A DNA stretch of 64,000 nucleotides from positions 6,138,001 to 6,202,000 of the forward strand of contig NC_134029.1 in NCBI RefSeq assembly GCF_964204645.1. Direction: 5' to 3'. The translations under genes and the position numbers were made by a program. Positions 52,101 to 63,300 of the stretch are shown here, piece by piece (the first letter of the stretch is position 1; each line of letters begins with the position of its first letter). The notes beneath the pieces are model-generated. The model did not search any database. It was not told the origin of the DNA and saw only the letters and a program-made list of their open reading frames with translations. Origin of the DNA: Tubulanus polymorphus. Taxonomy: Eukaryota > Animalia > Nemertea.

Positions 52101-52628
52101 AGGTTTGTCCACAAAGATAAAGCTGGTAGGCCTATTCTTAAATCCTAGAATTCAGCGCTGAAGAGAATGCGCATAGGGCCATCCTTATTACCGAGATGAC
52201 ACATTTTACCGAGATGAAATGAAATATAGCATATTTATTTATTCCTTATCGATTTTAACAATTGAAATCTACTAATAAATACCTTCTAGAGTCATATTTT
52301 ACATATTTTTTTTATTAAAAAAAATTTTGACTTCGAATACGTAAACTCGGTTAGCAATAAAATTTCATTGAATAAGGATGACCGTGCGGATGGAGTTAGG
52401 CTACTCTGGATACCAGACGATGTAGGGGTTATCGGTAACAACTACCGGTACAGCCCAAAGGCAGAGACTAGAGAAGGGGGTCCTCCTTATTACCGAGATG
52501 TTACCACTGTCTGATGTTTATGTTTGCAAACATTGCCATTGCGTTAACAGATATTTGTTTTCCGAAACACATTGCTACCTGTTTTTCTTCGACTTGTCAA
52601 TTTTCTCAACATAAACATGATCCGCCAT
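49138..52628 (-). CDS. GALK2: N-acetylgalactosamine kinase (GHMP kinase), 9 exons, ~457 aa
   Basis: Minus-strand exons 52628-52579, 51922-51834, 51707-51584, 51343-51106, 50835-50737, 50654-50502, 50243-50033, 49904-49703, 49345-49138 (1374 nt). Motifs [69 protein letters not shown]. Confidence 0.95.
49447..49597. mobile_element. MITE with ~25-bp TIRs (PIF/Harbinger-like) in the last intron of GALK2
   Basis: gggatcattcaattattacgtacgca matches the reverse complement of tgcgtacgtaataaatgaatgacct. Confidence 0.75.
52170..52388. mobile_element. Decayed MITE-like inverted repeat in GALK2 intron 1
   Basis: cgcatagggccatccttatt is inverted as aataaggatgaccgtgcg. ttaccgagatg occurs twice inside and again near 52490. 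Confidence 0.4.
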
Positions 52629-52644
52629 CTTGTCATCATGTGAC
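52622..52644 (-). promoter_or_regulatory. YY1-like motif overlapping the GALK2 start codon, preceded by an E-box-like site
   Basis: The minus strand reads gtcacatgatgacaagATGgcgg. CAAGATGGCGG matches the YY1 consensus often seen over housekeeping start codons. Confidence 0.4.
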
Positions 52645-52994
52645 ACGAGATGAGTCGACGAACGTAGACTGGTTGCCGGTCTCTACCTTCGGCTGCGGAC
52701 ACCGATACGGACTTATTTCTACATCGGCACCAAAAAGCCGCGGAATCCATCCGACTCGACGGCGCGTTTAGTGTTCATAGATATATATTATTATATCTCA
52801 GTAGGCCCAGTGAAAAAAAAAAAACAATCACATACAACGCCGAAATGGCAACCGCCCGCAGACACCAGCAGCCGCAACGTGTCGCGGCACAGTCCGTAAC
52901 CCACTTGAAGTGTTCAATTTGGTCCCCGGAACAACCCGCGTAGAGGCCAAAACGCGGAATGGTAAAATTAATTTTCCTCAGGGGTTATGTCGAG

Positions 52995-54074
52995 CTAGGG
53001 ACGTTTTTTCGCCAGCATGCTAACAAAGGTTTTGAGTTGGTTCCGAAAACTACGTCTCGAAACGCAGTAAATGATGAAATTCGTAGATGCAACTATGATT
53101 CTTACCAATTTTTGAACAGCGTTCATATAAATGTACGTGGGATCGGTTCCAAGTTTACCATTAATCGTTTTAAGTAGATTAGTTATGGATGCTCTCATGG
53201 AAAACGATTTTTTCATTAGAAAGAAACATGTGATCAGAACTAACGTCAGAGTTAAACTTCGCTCGTTAGGTTTACTTGATTCATTTGTAGCCATGGCTTT
53301 TCTCGCAGATCCTGCCGATCTCAACGTGAAAATTAATCTAATGGTTATCATTATCACCATCGTCGTTGGGATAAATACAAATATTGGTAGACGGACGAAT
53401 GCAACATAGTATTTCAAATATATGTCTTTCGCAAAAGGAGTTAATTTCTGCGTCCATCTCTCGTGTCCAGTACAGGGATTTATGGAACGACGAGTTTTAT
53501 ATATGAAAAAGTTCCTCGCTTCATCGCAGACACAAATCAACAGAATTAATGAAATGTAGACATATCCTTTCTTCTTGGATATAACCCGGACTGCTTTAAG
53601 AGGCCAACACACAACGATATATCTGTCTATAGCTATAAGAAGTGTTATAAGATCTCCAATACTCGAAAAGATAACTTGAAAATTTCTAGTATATGAAAAC
53701 ATCCGTTTCATCGCGTGGTTTATTTCAGCAGTCATGTCTAGTAACAAAGTTCGACTGTATAACTGATAATGAAAGTCTATTGAAATATACGAAAGACACA
53801 GAAAAATGTCGGCAACAGCCAGACATCTCAGATAGAATATACTGGTATTAGTCGAACGTTCCTTACTGAGTATAACAAAAGACAACACATTTCCAAGGAC
53901 ACCAAAAACAGCAATACTGAAAATAACGTAGTTCATAACTTGTAGATACAAGTTCACGCGAAACGGTTTGAAGTCGGCGTGGTGTATATATTTACACCGG
54001 GGATGTGGTTTGAATCTTCCAACCGTTGTGGTTATACCTGTGAAAGAATTCTCAATAAACGATGCATTTTCCAT
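52995..54074 (-). CDS. Class A GPCR, peptide-receptor-like (FMRFamide/sex-peptide-receptor/srw-like group), copy 1, intronless
   Basis: 359 aa. GVLGN (TM1), YLRCLAVADI (TM2), AIDRYIVVCWPLK (TM3), STNFIIY (TM7), helix 8 SFRNQL. Confidence 0.9.
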   Translation of the reverse strand: MENASFIENSFTGITTTVGRFKPHPRCKYIHHADFKPFRVNLYLQVMNYVIFSIAVFGVLGNVLSFVILSKERSTNTSIFYLRCLAVADIFLCLSYISIDFHYQLYSRTLLLDMTAEINHAMKRMFSYTRNFQVIFSSIGDLITLLIAIDRYIVVCWPLKAVRVISKKKGYVYISLILLICVCDEARNFFIYKTRRSINPCTGHERWTQKLTPFAKDIYLKYYVAFVRLPIFVFIPTTMVIMITIRLIFTLRSAGSARKAMATNESSKPNERSLTLTLVLITCFFLMKKSFSMRASITNLLKTINGKLGTDPTYIYMNAVQKLVRIIVASTNFIIYCVSRRSFRNQLKTFVSMLAKKRP

Positions 54075-55061
54075 GGTTGCAAATGGAAATTTCTTTCAAA
54101 GAACGGCGACTTTGTTTCGACGATTTTCAATGCAAATTGAACGTAATGGGTGGTACAGAAAGAGTGGCAAAATGATTTCTCACACATCTAGACTCATTCT
54201 CCCAGGCACCACATCGATTTTAGTAATATCTTTATTCGCGATAGCTCACGATAAAAAAGTGTTTGAATAATTGTTTTAAGTAGTATTGATCACCCGCGGA
54301 CATGAAACTTCTCGGCGTATTTGACTGATGCAGGATGACTTTCGACCATACAATCGCCGTGAATGACGAACGATACATTAGAATGGTGTTTCATTGAATA
54401 GAAACCCATTCATTCAACCAATACAAATGAAGATTATCAGTTTTGTTAAAAACACACCTCCCCCGAAAGCAGAAAGTTTGAAAGCCCCAATGATGTTGAT
54501 GGTGGATAAGATTTTTGGATCGAATTCAAAAACGACATTACTCGTGCATTTATTAGGTTATCACTAATAGATTACTAAACATTATACGCAGGGTCATCTC
54601 ATCAAACAACCAGTTTTAGTTTAAGCGCGTCCGCTATCGGTGAATAAAACGAATTTTGTCTACGGTGTAACATGCAAGAAGGGCTCACATCCAACCCCCT
54701 GCTCCGAAATGAAATATGAATGAATTGGTGGTTCGTACATTGAATTATCCATCTGCGTCACTTGGAATAATAAAACAAACGAGCTTCATCTTCTTTTCAG
54801 TGACCCTAAAATGAATTTCTGGGGGTTCTGCGGGAGTCTAGACAATGAAAAAGGGCTACTGCCTGTTAAGTCAATGGATGATAATAGTAAAGTATGCGAC
54901 AAGTAAGCGAAGGGCACACATGGGAACTTTCTAAATGCAACGGTATCTGAAAAGATGTGGGCGACAGCGTACTATCAATCTAAGCGCAGTTTAAGTATCT
55001 ATTTTCAAATTATTCATTCCATCTCCTTGACGCGTATGTAGATAGTTGTTTCAATTCTTCA

Positions 55062-56123
55062 TCAGTGGCATAACACTTTCAGTTGATTTCGAAAACGTTG
55101 CCTAGAAGCGCAGTAAATGAAAAAGTTCGTAGATGCAACTATCATCCTTATCAATTTCTGAAAAGCATTCAAATATAGGGCCGTATAACCGTAACCGAGG
55201 CTACCATTCAAAGTTTTGATTAGATTGATAACAGCTGATCTGATTGCAAATGATTTCTTCGATAAAAAGAAACATAAAATTAAGATTAATGCCATCGTTA
55301 AACTACGGTCGCTACTCGTTGCATTTGTAGAAATGGCTTTTCTCGCAGATCCTGCCGATCTCAACGTGAAAATTAATCGTATAGTTATAACGATTACTAT
55401 TACTGTTGGAATGAAAATGAATATTGGAATACGGATAAATGACTCATAATATTTCAAATATATGTTTTTTGCAAAATGAGTTAATTTCTGCGTCCATCTC
55501 TCGTGTCCAGTACATGGATTTATGGAACGATGAGTTTTATATATGAAAAAGTTCCTCGCTTCATCGCAGACACAAATCAACAGAATTAATAAAATGTAGA
55601 CATATCCTTTCTTCTTGGATATAACCCGAACTGCTTTAAGAGGCCAACACACAACGATATATCTGTCTATAGCTATAAGAAGCGTGATAAGATCTCCAAT
55701 ATTCGAGAAAAAAACTTGAAGATTTCTAGTATATGAAAAAATCCGTTTCATCGCGTGGTTTATTTCAGCAGTCATGTCTAGTAACAAAGTTCGACTGTAT
55801 AACTGATAATGAAAGTCTATTGAAATATACGAAAGACACAAAAAAATGTCGGCAACAGCCAAACATCTCAGATAGAATATACTGGTATTAGTCGAACGTT
55901 CTTTACTCAGTATAATAAAAGACAACACATTTCCGTTCACTCCAAAAATGGCAATACCGAAAATAATGTAGTTCATTACCTGTAGATACATGTTCACGTG
56001 AAACGGTTTGTAGTCGGCGTGGTGTATATATTTACACCGGGGATGGGGCTTAAATAGACCCATGGCAGTGGTCACAACGTCAGCGGTGAAGTTCTCTGCA
56101 ATAACTGAGGATTTGTTTTCCAT
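55062..56123 (-). CDS. Class A GPCR, peptide-receptor-like, copy 2 (tandem paralogue), intronless
   Basis: First ATG at 56123 (MENKSS..., matching MENASF... of copy 1). Same motif set. The central part aligns with copy 1 at a constant 2040-nt offset. Confidence 0.9.
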   Translation of the reverse strand: MENKSSVIAENFTADVVTTAMGLFKPHPRCKYIHHADYKPFHVNMYLQVMNYIIFGIAIFGVNGNVLSFIILSKERSTNTSIFYLRCLAVADIFLCLSYISIDFHYQLYSRTLLLDMTAEINHAMKRIFSYTRNLQVFFSNIGDLITLLIAIDRYIVVCWPLKAVRVISKKKGYVYILLILLICVCDEARNFFIYKTHRSINPCTGHERWTQKLTHFAKNIYLKYYESFIRIPIFIFIPTVIVIVITIRLIFTLRSAGSARKAISTNATSSDRSLTMALILILCFFLSKKSFAIRSAVINLIKTLNGSLGYGYTALYLNAFQKLIRMIVASTNFFIYCASRQRFRNQLKVLCH

Positions 56124-56774
56124 TGTTGAGGGGAGAGAGATTGTTCGTGTTGGGTCCAAACAGAAAGGATCGTTCCAAACCCTTGTCGGTCCCAGTTCAT
56201 GCTGCTACAACTAACTCCTGTGTGGCAAGTGCCGATCATAGCAATTTTCTTTTCAAAGTATAAACCCCTAAGGAAAAATGGAAAAAATGTACCGTACATT
56301 CCTGTATTGATTTTCTACACGTAACTTCATGGTTGTCCTGTCTATGTCATTACCTGCTTTACTATGCAACGGCGAAAAGTATTTCATATTGTGAATATGT
56401 GAAGCTATTTTTGAATGGTCGATGCTGGTGAACGTTATTCAGATTCATAGATTTGAAATATTCGGAGACTGTATATTCAGGGTTGGCTATTTTGAGGCTT
56501 AGCCCTGCCCAAATACATAAGATCGAATATGAAATGTTAGAAATTGAGTAATGAAGAAATGCCTATCTTCGATCATCTTTTCAAAATATCATCTACCCAT
56601 AAATAACATGCCCATTTACATGTAGAAAACATTATAAAAAATCATCACTCATCATCTGAGAAAAATGAATGAATGATTGATGAACAAGCCTAGGATTTTA
56701 GAATAGTTTTATATTCAACTGAATTCTTATATCACATACATACTTAAATGATTCTCATAGATCGGTTCGAAATG

Positions 56775-57839
56775 TTATCCGTCCTTCAGAAATTTCACTT
56801 TTTTCCCCTTTTTGCCTTTGTGGGGTTTGAGCGGCGGTAAAAGCAAGCGAGTCCCTTCCGGTAAACTGTTCTGTATACGACGAATGATTTGAACATCTCG
56901 AGATCTTAAATTATGCAGACGATTCTCTGACAGTTTCCCCGAACTCTTCTTCAACGACGAACTTATTGCCCTGTTGTTCTGTCGGATGATCTTCACGCTG
57001 AGAAAAAAGTTTTTCTCATCCGGTTTCATCGGCACTAATTCGGGATTTCTGATATAATTCAAAGTCTCGACGTTCGACGAATCGTATTTTGACGAGTGGT
57101 TTTGTTTACATCTGTTATCATTTAGTTCGTTTGCCTCGTCGTCATCGTCATCGTCATCAAGTTCGGGTATAGCAAAAAGAACGCTTTTGTGAATTTTCAT
57201 ACGTCTATTCGATTTCATTCCTAATGTTTTTCTCTCTGACGCAATTTCATTTGCGTTGGTTCTTTGCGTCGAATTTTTGCTCATCTTTTGCTGATGGAAA
57301 GTCACCTCGGGGACCGTTCGTGCTATCTCGTTTAAATCAGCCGATGAACTTTCCTTCACCGCTGTATTTAGATTCATAACGTCAGTAGAGTTTGTTTGAA
57401 TATCATCAACTGGAGAATTTGACGGAGCGGACAGTGTTACGATCGAGCCTTCCGTGTGAAAAGTAGGAATCGGAGGCAATTTCTGAAGCCGCTGTTTAGA
57501 CCGCCTTGTCTTTGTAAACGTCGGTCGGTATGCAGTGCAGTTGAAAGGAGCGTCACGCTTCATCCTCGGATTACATAACGAATCGGTACTGCGTGTTAGT
57601 TTATTTCTCAGCCATTCCATCCGTCGTCCGGACACCGCAGGATTGCTGTTATCCGTCATATGCGGCAGACTTCGCGGTCGTCGCTGTGGTACGGTTTGTT
57701 GTTTGTGAGCGCCGACCGAAGAGGAAGACGATTTGAACGACTGTACTCGTTCTGTACACGCTAGTATCGAAATATAACTGGCCGAATCCTTCCTGGGCGT
57801 ATTGTGATGCGAGGTCCGGTCTTTATTGTGGAACCACAT
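56775..57839 (-). CDS. Uncharacterised low-complexity/disordered protein, ~354 aa
   Basis: Stop-free frame of more than 1 kb in AT-rich DNA. First ATG in aaaATG context at 57839. Upstream acceptor (tttccag, ~57938) and donor (ag|gtgag, ~58246) suggest a spliced 5' UTR. No recognisable domain. Confidence 0.65.
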   Translation of the reverse strand: MWFHNKDRTSHHNTPRKDSASYISILACTERVQSFKSSSSSVGAHKQQTVPQRRPRSLPHMTDNSNPAVSGRRMEWLRNKLTRSTDSLCNPRMKRDAPFNCTAYRPTFTKTRRSKQRLQKLPPIPTFHTEGSIVTLSAPSNSPVDDIQTNSTDVMNLNTAVKESSSADLNEIARTVPEVTFHQQKMSKNSTQRTNANEIASERKTLGMKSNRRMKIHKSVLFAIPELDDDDDDDEANELNDNRCKQNHSSKYDSSNVETLNYIRNPELVPMKPDEKNFFLSVKIIRQNNRAISSSLKKSSGKLSENRLHNLRSRDVQIIRRIQNSLPEGTRLLLPPLKPHKGKKGKKVKFLKDG

Positions 57840-60308
57840 TTTACGCAGTAATAACCAAATGGTGGTATTTTTGTTCAAATGCGACTTCTTAAGATTTCAT
57901 CAGCGATAGTCATTCGTCCTCTTGTCGATGGATCCGACTGGAAATTAAATGAACATGTATTATGATAAGAGATCAGTAGTAGTGTGATACGGTTAGTGCT
58001 GTTTGTTGATTAAATTTACACTTTCAGATTTTCCCGTCGTCTTCTTTTCCAGCTGCAAATATGAATTGGAACTAAATGGAATTGAAATATCGTAGGTTAC
58101 AACCGACAAAATAAAAGAAAATCAAGAAACCAACCAATTCACCGTTGATTTGTTTGATTCCTGCATTGCGTAACTTTTATCTCGAGTTCATAAACTCCAA
58201 ACGAAAACTCGGACATCTATTCCATCTAAAAAATAGGAGACTCACCTGATCAAATTCTACATATAGTAATGGCCACTAGTCGTGCTCAGGGTATATAACA
58301 ATATATGTTTATGATTGCTCTCAGTAACGTGTCCGCGGTTAATGCCATTTATGTTAATCTAACTTATTTATATTGGACATTAATGTGATATACAATAGCT
58401 TCTATACTTCTCGCGATTATACGACGATCTGTACATTAAGGCTAACCGGGGTTAGACAGGATTAGCCATTAGAAAACAGAGAACGTGTATATTCTATTCA
58501 AGTAGAGGTGTCGAATACTTACTCCACGATGAGTATAGAGGCTGGAAAGAAGTGACATGGTCACGGGACTGTTCTTTTTACATAACCGGGCTCGTCTTTA
58601 CAACACCGCCCGGTAATTGAGAAAGAATCTCCAAATAACTTGTCTATGTATGCTATTGAATTAAATTTTATAGATAGTCATATTATTGGTTTTTACATCA
58701 ATAGTACCTACACGATAATCTCTGTTTTAAAAACCAGATGAAAATGTGTTTAATTTTTCAGAATCTGGAAATCATTCTATTTATCATTATATAATATGGG
58801 ATACAATGGAATGAGAATTGGATTTTCCGAGTAATCTAACGACTAAAGCAAGTCTACATGTATTTCACAAGGCTATCTCACCGACATGATATGCGGTATG
58901 TCAAACGAGTTTTACAAAAACAAGAAAATTGTTTAGGGTCTATTCTTTCGACTGCTCTGGCGGTTCAGACACGAAATGTAATATGCCTGTGATTATCGCT
59001 TCACGAACGAGGTACGAAATTCATTTCAACCTCCTACTGTGGGATAATTAGCTTTTATAGAATATGAATTTCAGCGTTTTATCTTCACTCATCTCACGCC
59101 GCATGTTGGCGCTTTCTGTGGAACCCCAGAAAGGAAAACATATATTAAATCTTTATTTAATTCGTTTTATTATCTCAACCAATTCAACAGATATTTCATA
59201 ATATATATCACGTATTTACAACAAACCACTTAAATTTATTGCGCATTTTGGGCCTATTTGACACGTAAAAAACCTTTTTGAGACCACTTTTGTCATTTAC
59301 ATAATCCTGAAATATGTAATAATCAATCGATGATTCAACTATGAATTTTTTGTGTCCAATTTCAAAAATACCATTAATACTATCATTCTATAACAACATG
59401 TGATATTATACATGATAAGGTTGATCTCTCTTATTAGTCTAGGGGCTACATATATACATACATACGACATACAAATTCGACATGAACGAAAAGCATAGAA
59501 GGAAGGGATGATCAAAAAGAAAGATACACTTTTTTTCTAAATCTAGCCTTTGGAAATTCATAGAGGAAGGCCCGACTGACCATTGGTCACAGCGGATGTA
59601 CAGAACTGTAAGCGATCGGTCAGATTCCATTTTCTCTTTAAAACCTTCTCGCATCGAAGCAACTAATATTATTAGTTACGCCGATGTGTGCATATACGCC
59701 TGGATTAAGGTATAAGAAGAAATACAAGTTGGAAATTGTGTGATAATTAGAACCCGACTCCCAACTACTGACAATCACCATTATCCGAATACTAGCTTTT
59801 CCCGCCGTAGAAATGTAATCATATTTTTTTCTGTTATGGACAAGTAACGACATGACCATTTCATCTTGTCAGGGGGGAGCGATGTCGTGATCGTATAAAA
59901 TACCGCCAACGGAAGACGCCGGCTTCCTCATACGTGTTGTAAAATGGCGCATCTCGATCACAATCCCAGTAATTGGGACTAGACGATGATAAGACGAACA
60001 CAAGCCATTAAGACCGGTAAATTGAAAGTTTGTTCGCCAGACGATCGATGTACGTTCATCTCCTGTGTCGTGGCGTATGCGAAGATTAATGGCAAACCAG
60101 CGATATATTTTCCCAGCTAAATACGTATCGATCGAAACGTAAAAGCCGACGAACAAAATTTAATATTAGATAAGACTCGGCAGCTTAACCGCTGACAAAC
60201 GTCGCTTCCAACATGGATAGCTTGTACTGACGTCAAAGTCATCAGAATTGAACCGTTTTTACCTAAATGCATTGCTGATACAGCCCACGCTATTCTGTGT
60301 AATTAGGC

Positions 60309-63300
60309 CTACTCTCCATCCGGCTCCATGATCCAATGAACCTCTGTAAATTCCTGTTCCGGATTCTGAATAACCAGACCCCAATGTTGCAGTTCGGTCT
60401 CTTCGGTTGCGCCCAGTCCCAGTTTCACCTGCCCGATAACTTCGTCGTGGCGCAGTCTCTCGTGGTTGCATACCGTTAGTACGATGGACGTGTAATTCAA
60501 ATCTTCAATTCTCGGCGAGACGTCAAAGGTAAACGTTTGATTGAACGCTGGGTTTAGTGTTTTCTTTTTGATCGACGTTTGTTGCTTTTTCGTTTTCTCG
60601 ACGTTTCGACCCTGCTGGATTAATTCTATTTTCACATACGCATCTGGAATTTAACGATTGACACAGAATCTAGATAACGTACAACTGTGTAAAACGGATG
60701 GATATTTTTACGATAAAAAGATACTTGGCATTTTGATCCAACCGATGTTATTTATTGACTACCCATTTTCTAGGGCTCAGAGGGATTTACTTGAAAAATT
60801 GAATAGCGATATTTTTCTTGTAAATAACGACTTGTTCTTCTTGAAGCTTTATCTAGGCCGTTCTATTAATCAGTTTGATTACGGATCCGCCGACGAACTT
60901 TTCCGATGTGTAGGTGTAAAAAGTGTATTTTTATTTTTAATTTTTTTCCACTGCCACAGTCATCTTTTGACATCAGACACATTAAATCGCCATTGACAAT
61001 GGTGTTCTAATGGACATATTTATCGGTTTTTTTTTCAGGAGATAGCGTGACTTGCAAAAAATGGCGGCGTCAGCTACGTTAATAGGCAATAAATAGACAA
61101 TATTCGGCTTCTTTTACCCAAAATGACTTCCAGAATGAAGCAATTTTATTTCTTTTCAAATTCCTTGATCACTTAATTAGTAACGAATTCAATGTTTTGA
61201 GAAAAAAACTATTCTTTCTAAAAAGAATTTCCCCCTACCCTGTTATTTCATTAAGTCAATCAAATCCGTAATCTAACTTATGATTAAAAAAAACACGCCA
61301 TTAGTAGTTTAATATCTGGCGAAACGAAACTCGAAATACATCTGTACCCACCTGCTGCGCCTCCGTGAATCTTGTGCTTCGGTAGATTTGTTATCTCACC
61401 GATCGTGATTGAAAGTCGCGCGTCTTTCGGCTCGAAACATAAACGGAGTTGCATGAAGCCTAGTTCCTGAAAAAGGGGGAAATAAAAATGCTTGTAAATG
61501 AAAGCCATAAGTATAATGTTAATATACTAGCGAGGATGCCTTGCGTGGCCCATTGGACTTTCCCTCAATTGTGTTTTTTTTTCAATGTTAGTATTTAAAC
61601 TTGTTCTTAAATATACGGGTCAGCTGACCCCAGCATGTAAAATGGATGACTTCATCGCGTGTACTGAGGGATAATTTGAATAACCCCAACGATACGCGCT
61701 GAAAGGGTAGAACATGAATAACCACAACGATACGCGCTGAAAGGGTAGAACATATCATTATACACTATCAAAACGGAGACCAAATCGCCTACGTGCCTAC
61801 GTCAGACACCACCTTGCTTGCGTAAATAAATAAACGTTAATTAGGCTTATAATTTTCGCTGCCTTCCACAATCGAAACCAATTTAGAATATGACGCATGC
61901 AATCTTCGAGTTGTATCTTTATTTACCATTTTTCAAATACCTTGGTGCCCTTATTTCCTACGTAATTGAAAAATTTGATTTCTAACAAAGTAGCGACGCG
62001 TTAAATTTTCCGATACACTCATGAGACTCAACAAATTGTGTTTTTGGAAGTTCGACTCACTATTCATTACAAAGTAATAAAGAAAATTTCAAAATTGTAA
62101 GAATAATTAAAAAACTACATAAAAATGTCTATTGATCCTGAAAATTTAAGAAATACAACTAAAACCTGTTAGAATTATAAGATGAACCTTTGATGATTTT
62201 TAAGTTGAATTATCGAGAATTCTGTATAAAGGCTCATTAACTTTTTTAACATTCACCCGAGTGTTTAATCTTAACAACAATTGTGGAACTCTCAACTAAG
62301 TCATATTTACTATAGGGTTTGTTGTACCAATCCCAGTCCATCAAACTAACCCAAAAATAGATTTATTATAGTAATTATAGATAAGCACGTGTTTCATAGA
62401 AAAGCTTCAGTACGCAAAGAACTGAGAAACATGTAATTTAATATTGGTTTTTTTCATCATCGTGAACGCATTCGCCCCAGGTTAAAACATCGGGTGTTGA
62501 GATGGAACTCTACGTGCAGTAATTGCGTTTCTACGGATCTGCGCGCAGCCGAAATCAAGAATATACGAGAGATTTCTTCAGAAAACCGGATTAGTTTCTT
62601 TTCCCCCACAGATAAACGAAATCATGGCATTAACTATTAGGGCAATGGATCAGCGTAATGCACGTTATATTTATTGCAATAAAACTATATGTATATATAC
62701 TTACGTCGCTTTCGTTCTTTCTTTCCAGTTTTTTCCACATTCGCTGCTCTTCGAGTAGATCGAATTCGCCCAGTCCGACGATTACTTCGCCGATCAATTC
62801 GGGACGTCGCAGATTGCCCACTTTGTTCTGTATCTTGATGCGGAGGCGCAGCGACCTCAGCTGATCCGCGTCGATATCGTGGAAGTGAAACTCTTCGTTG
62901 AAAATCGGATCAGTCGTGTGTTTAGCGACGTTCGACGATTGCTTTTGAAGTTTACCGGGCATCAAGCAAACCTTCGCGAACGGGTTCGTGTTCTGTTCGT
63001 TTCGTTCGTTTAGTACCAAGTGCTCGGCCCTGATCAGCAATACGCGAACGTGTCTTTTTTCGGGTACGTAGCGCACTGAGAATTTGAGCTCCCCGAACTC
63101 GGCTAACGGATTAACAGCTTTTACGCTATGACAAGAACAAGATGTTGATAAAGAGTTTTGTGAACCGTTTAATGTCAGTTCCGTTGAATTAGCGCTCAGG
63201 CTCGTTCGAGCTTCGGTTCCATTAATCGAGAACTGACTATTTTCATTCACGCACTCAGACACTGAACGTCCGTGGACCCTGAAACCGTATGTTTTAGCCA

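Noticed and set aside
52776-52801. catagatata...tatatctcag hairpin as another footprint
   Set aside because: No flanking direct repeat, and the arms are low-complexity AT.
52845-52945. Short plus-strand ORF (MATARRHQQPQRVAAQ...) head-to-head with GALK2
   Set aside because: Only ~32 codons with no downstream exon found; probably promoter sequence.
61677-61753. 38-bp direct repeat as a possible CRISPR array
   Set aside because: Two adjacent copies with no spacer, in a eukaryotic intron, with no cas genes.
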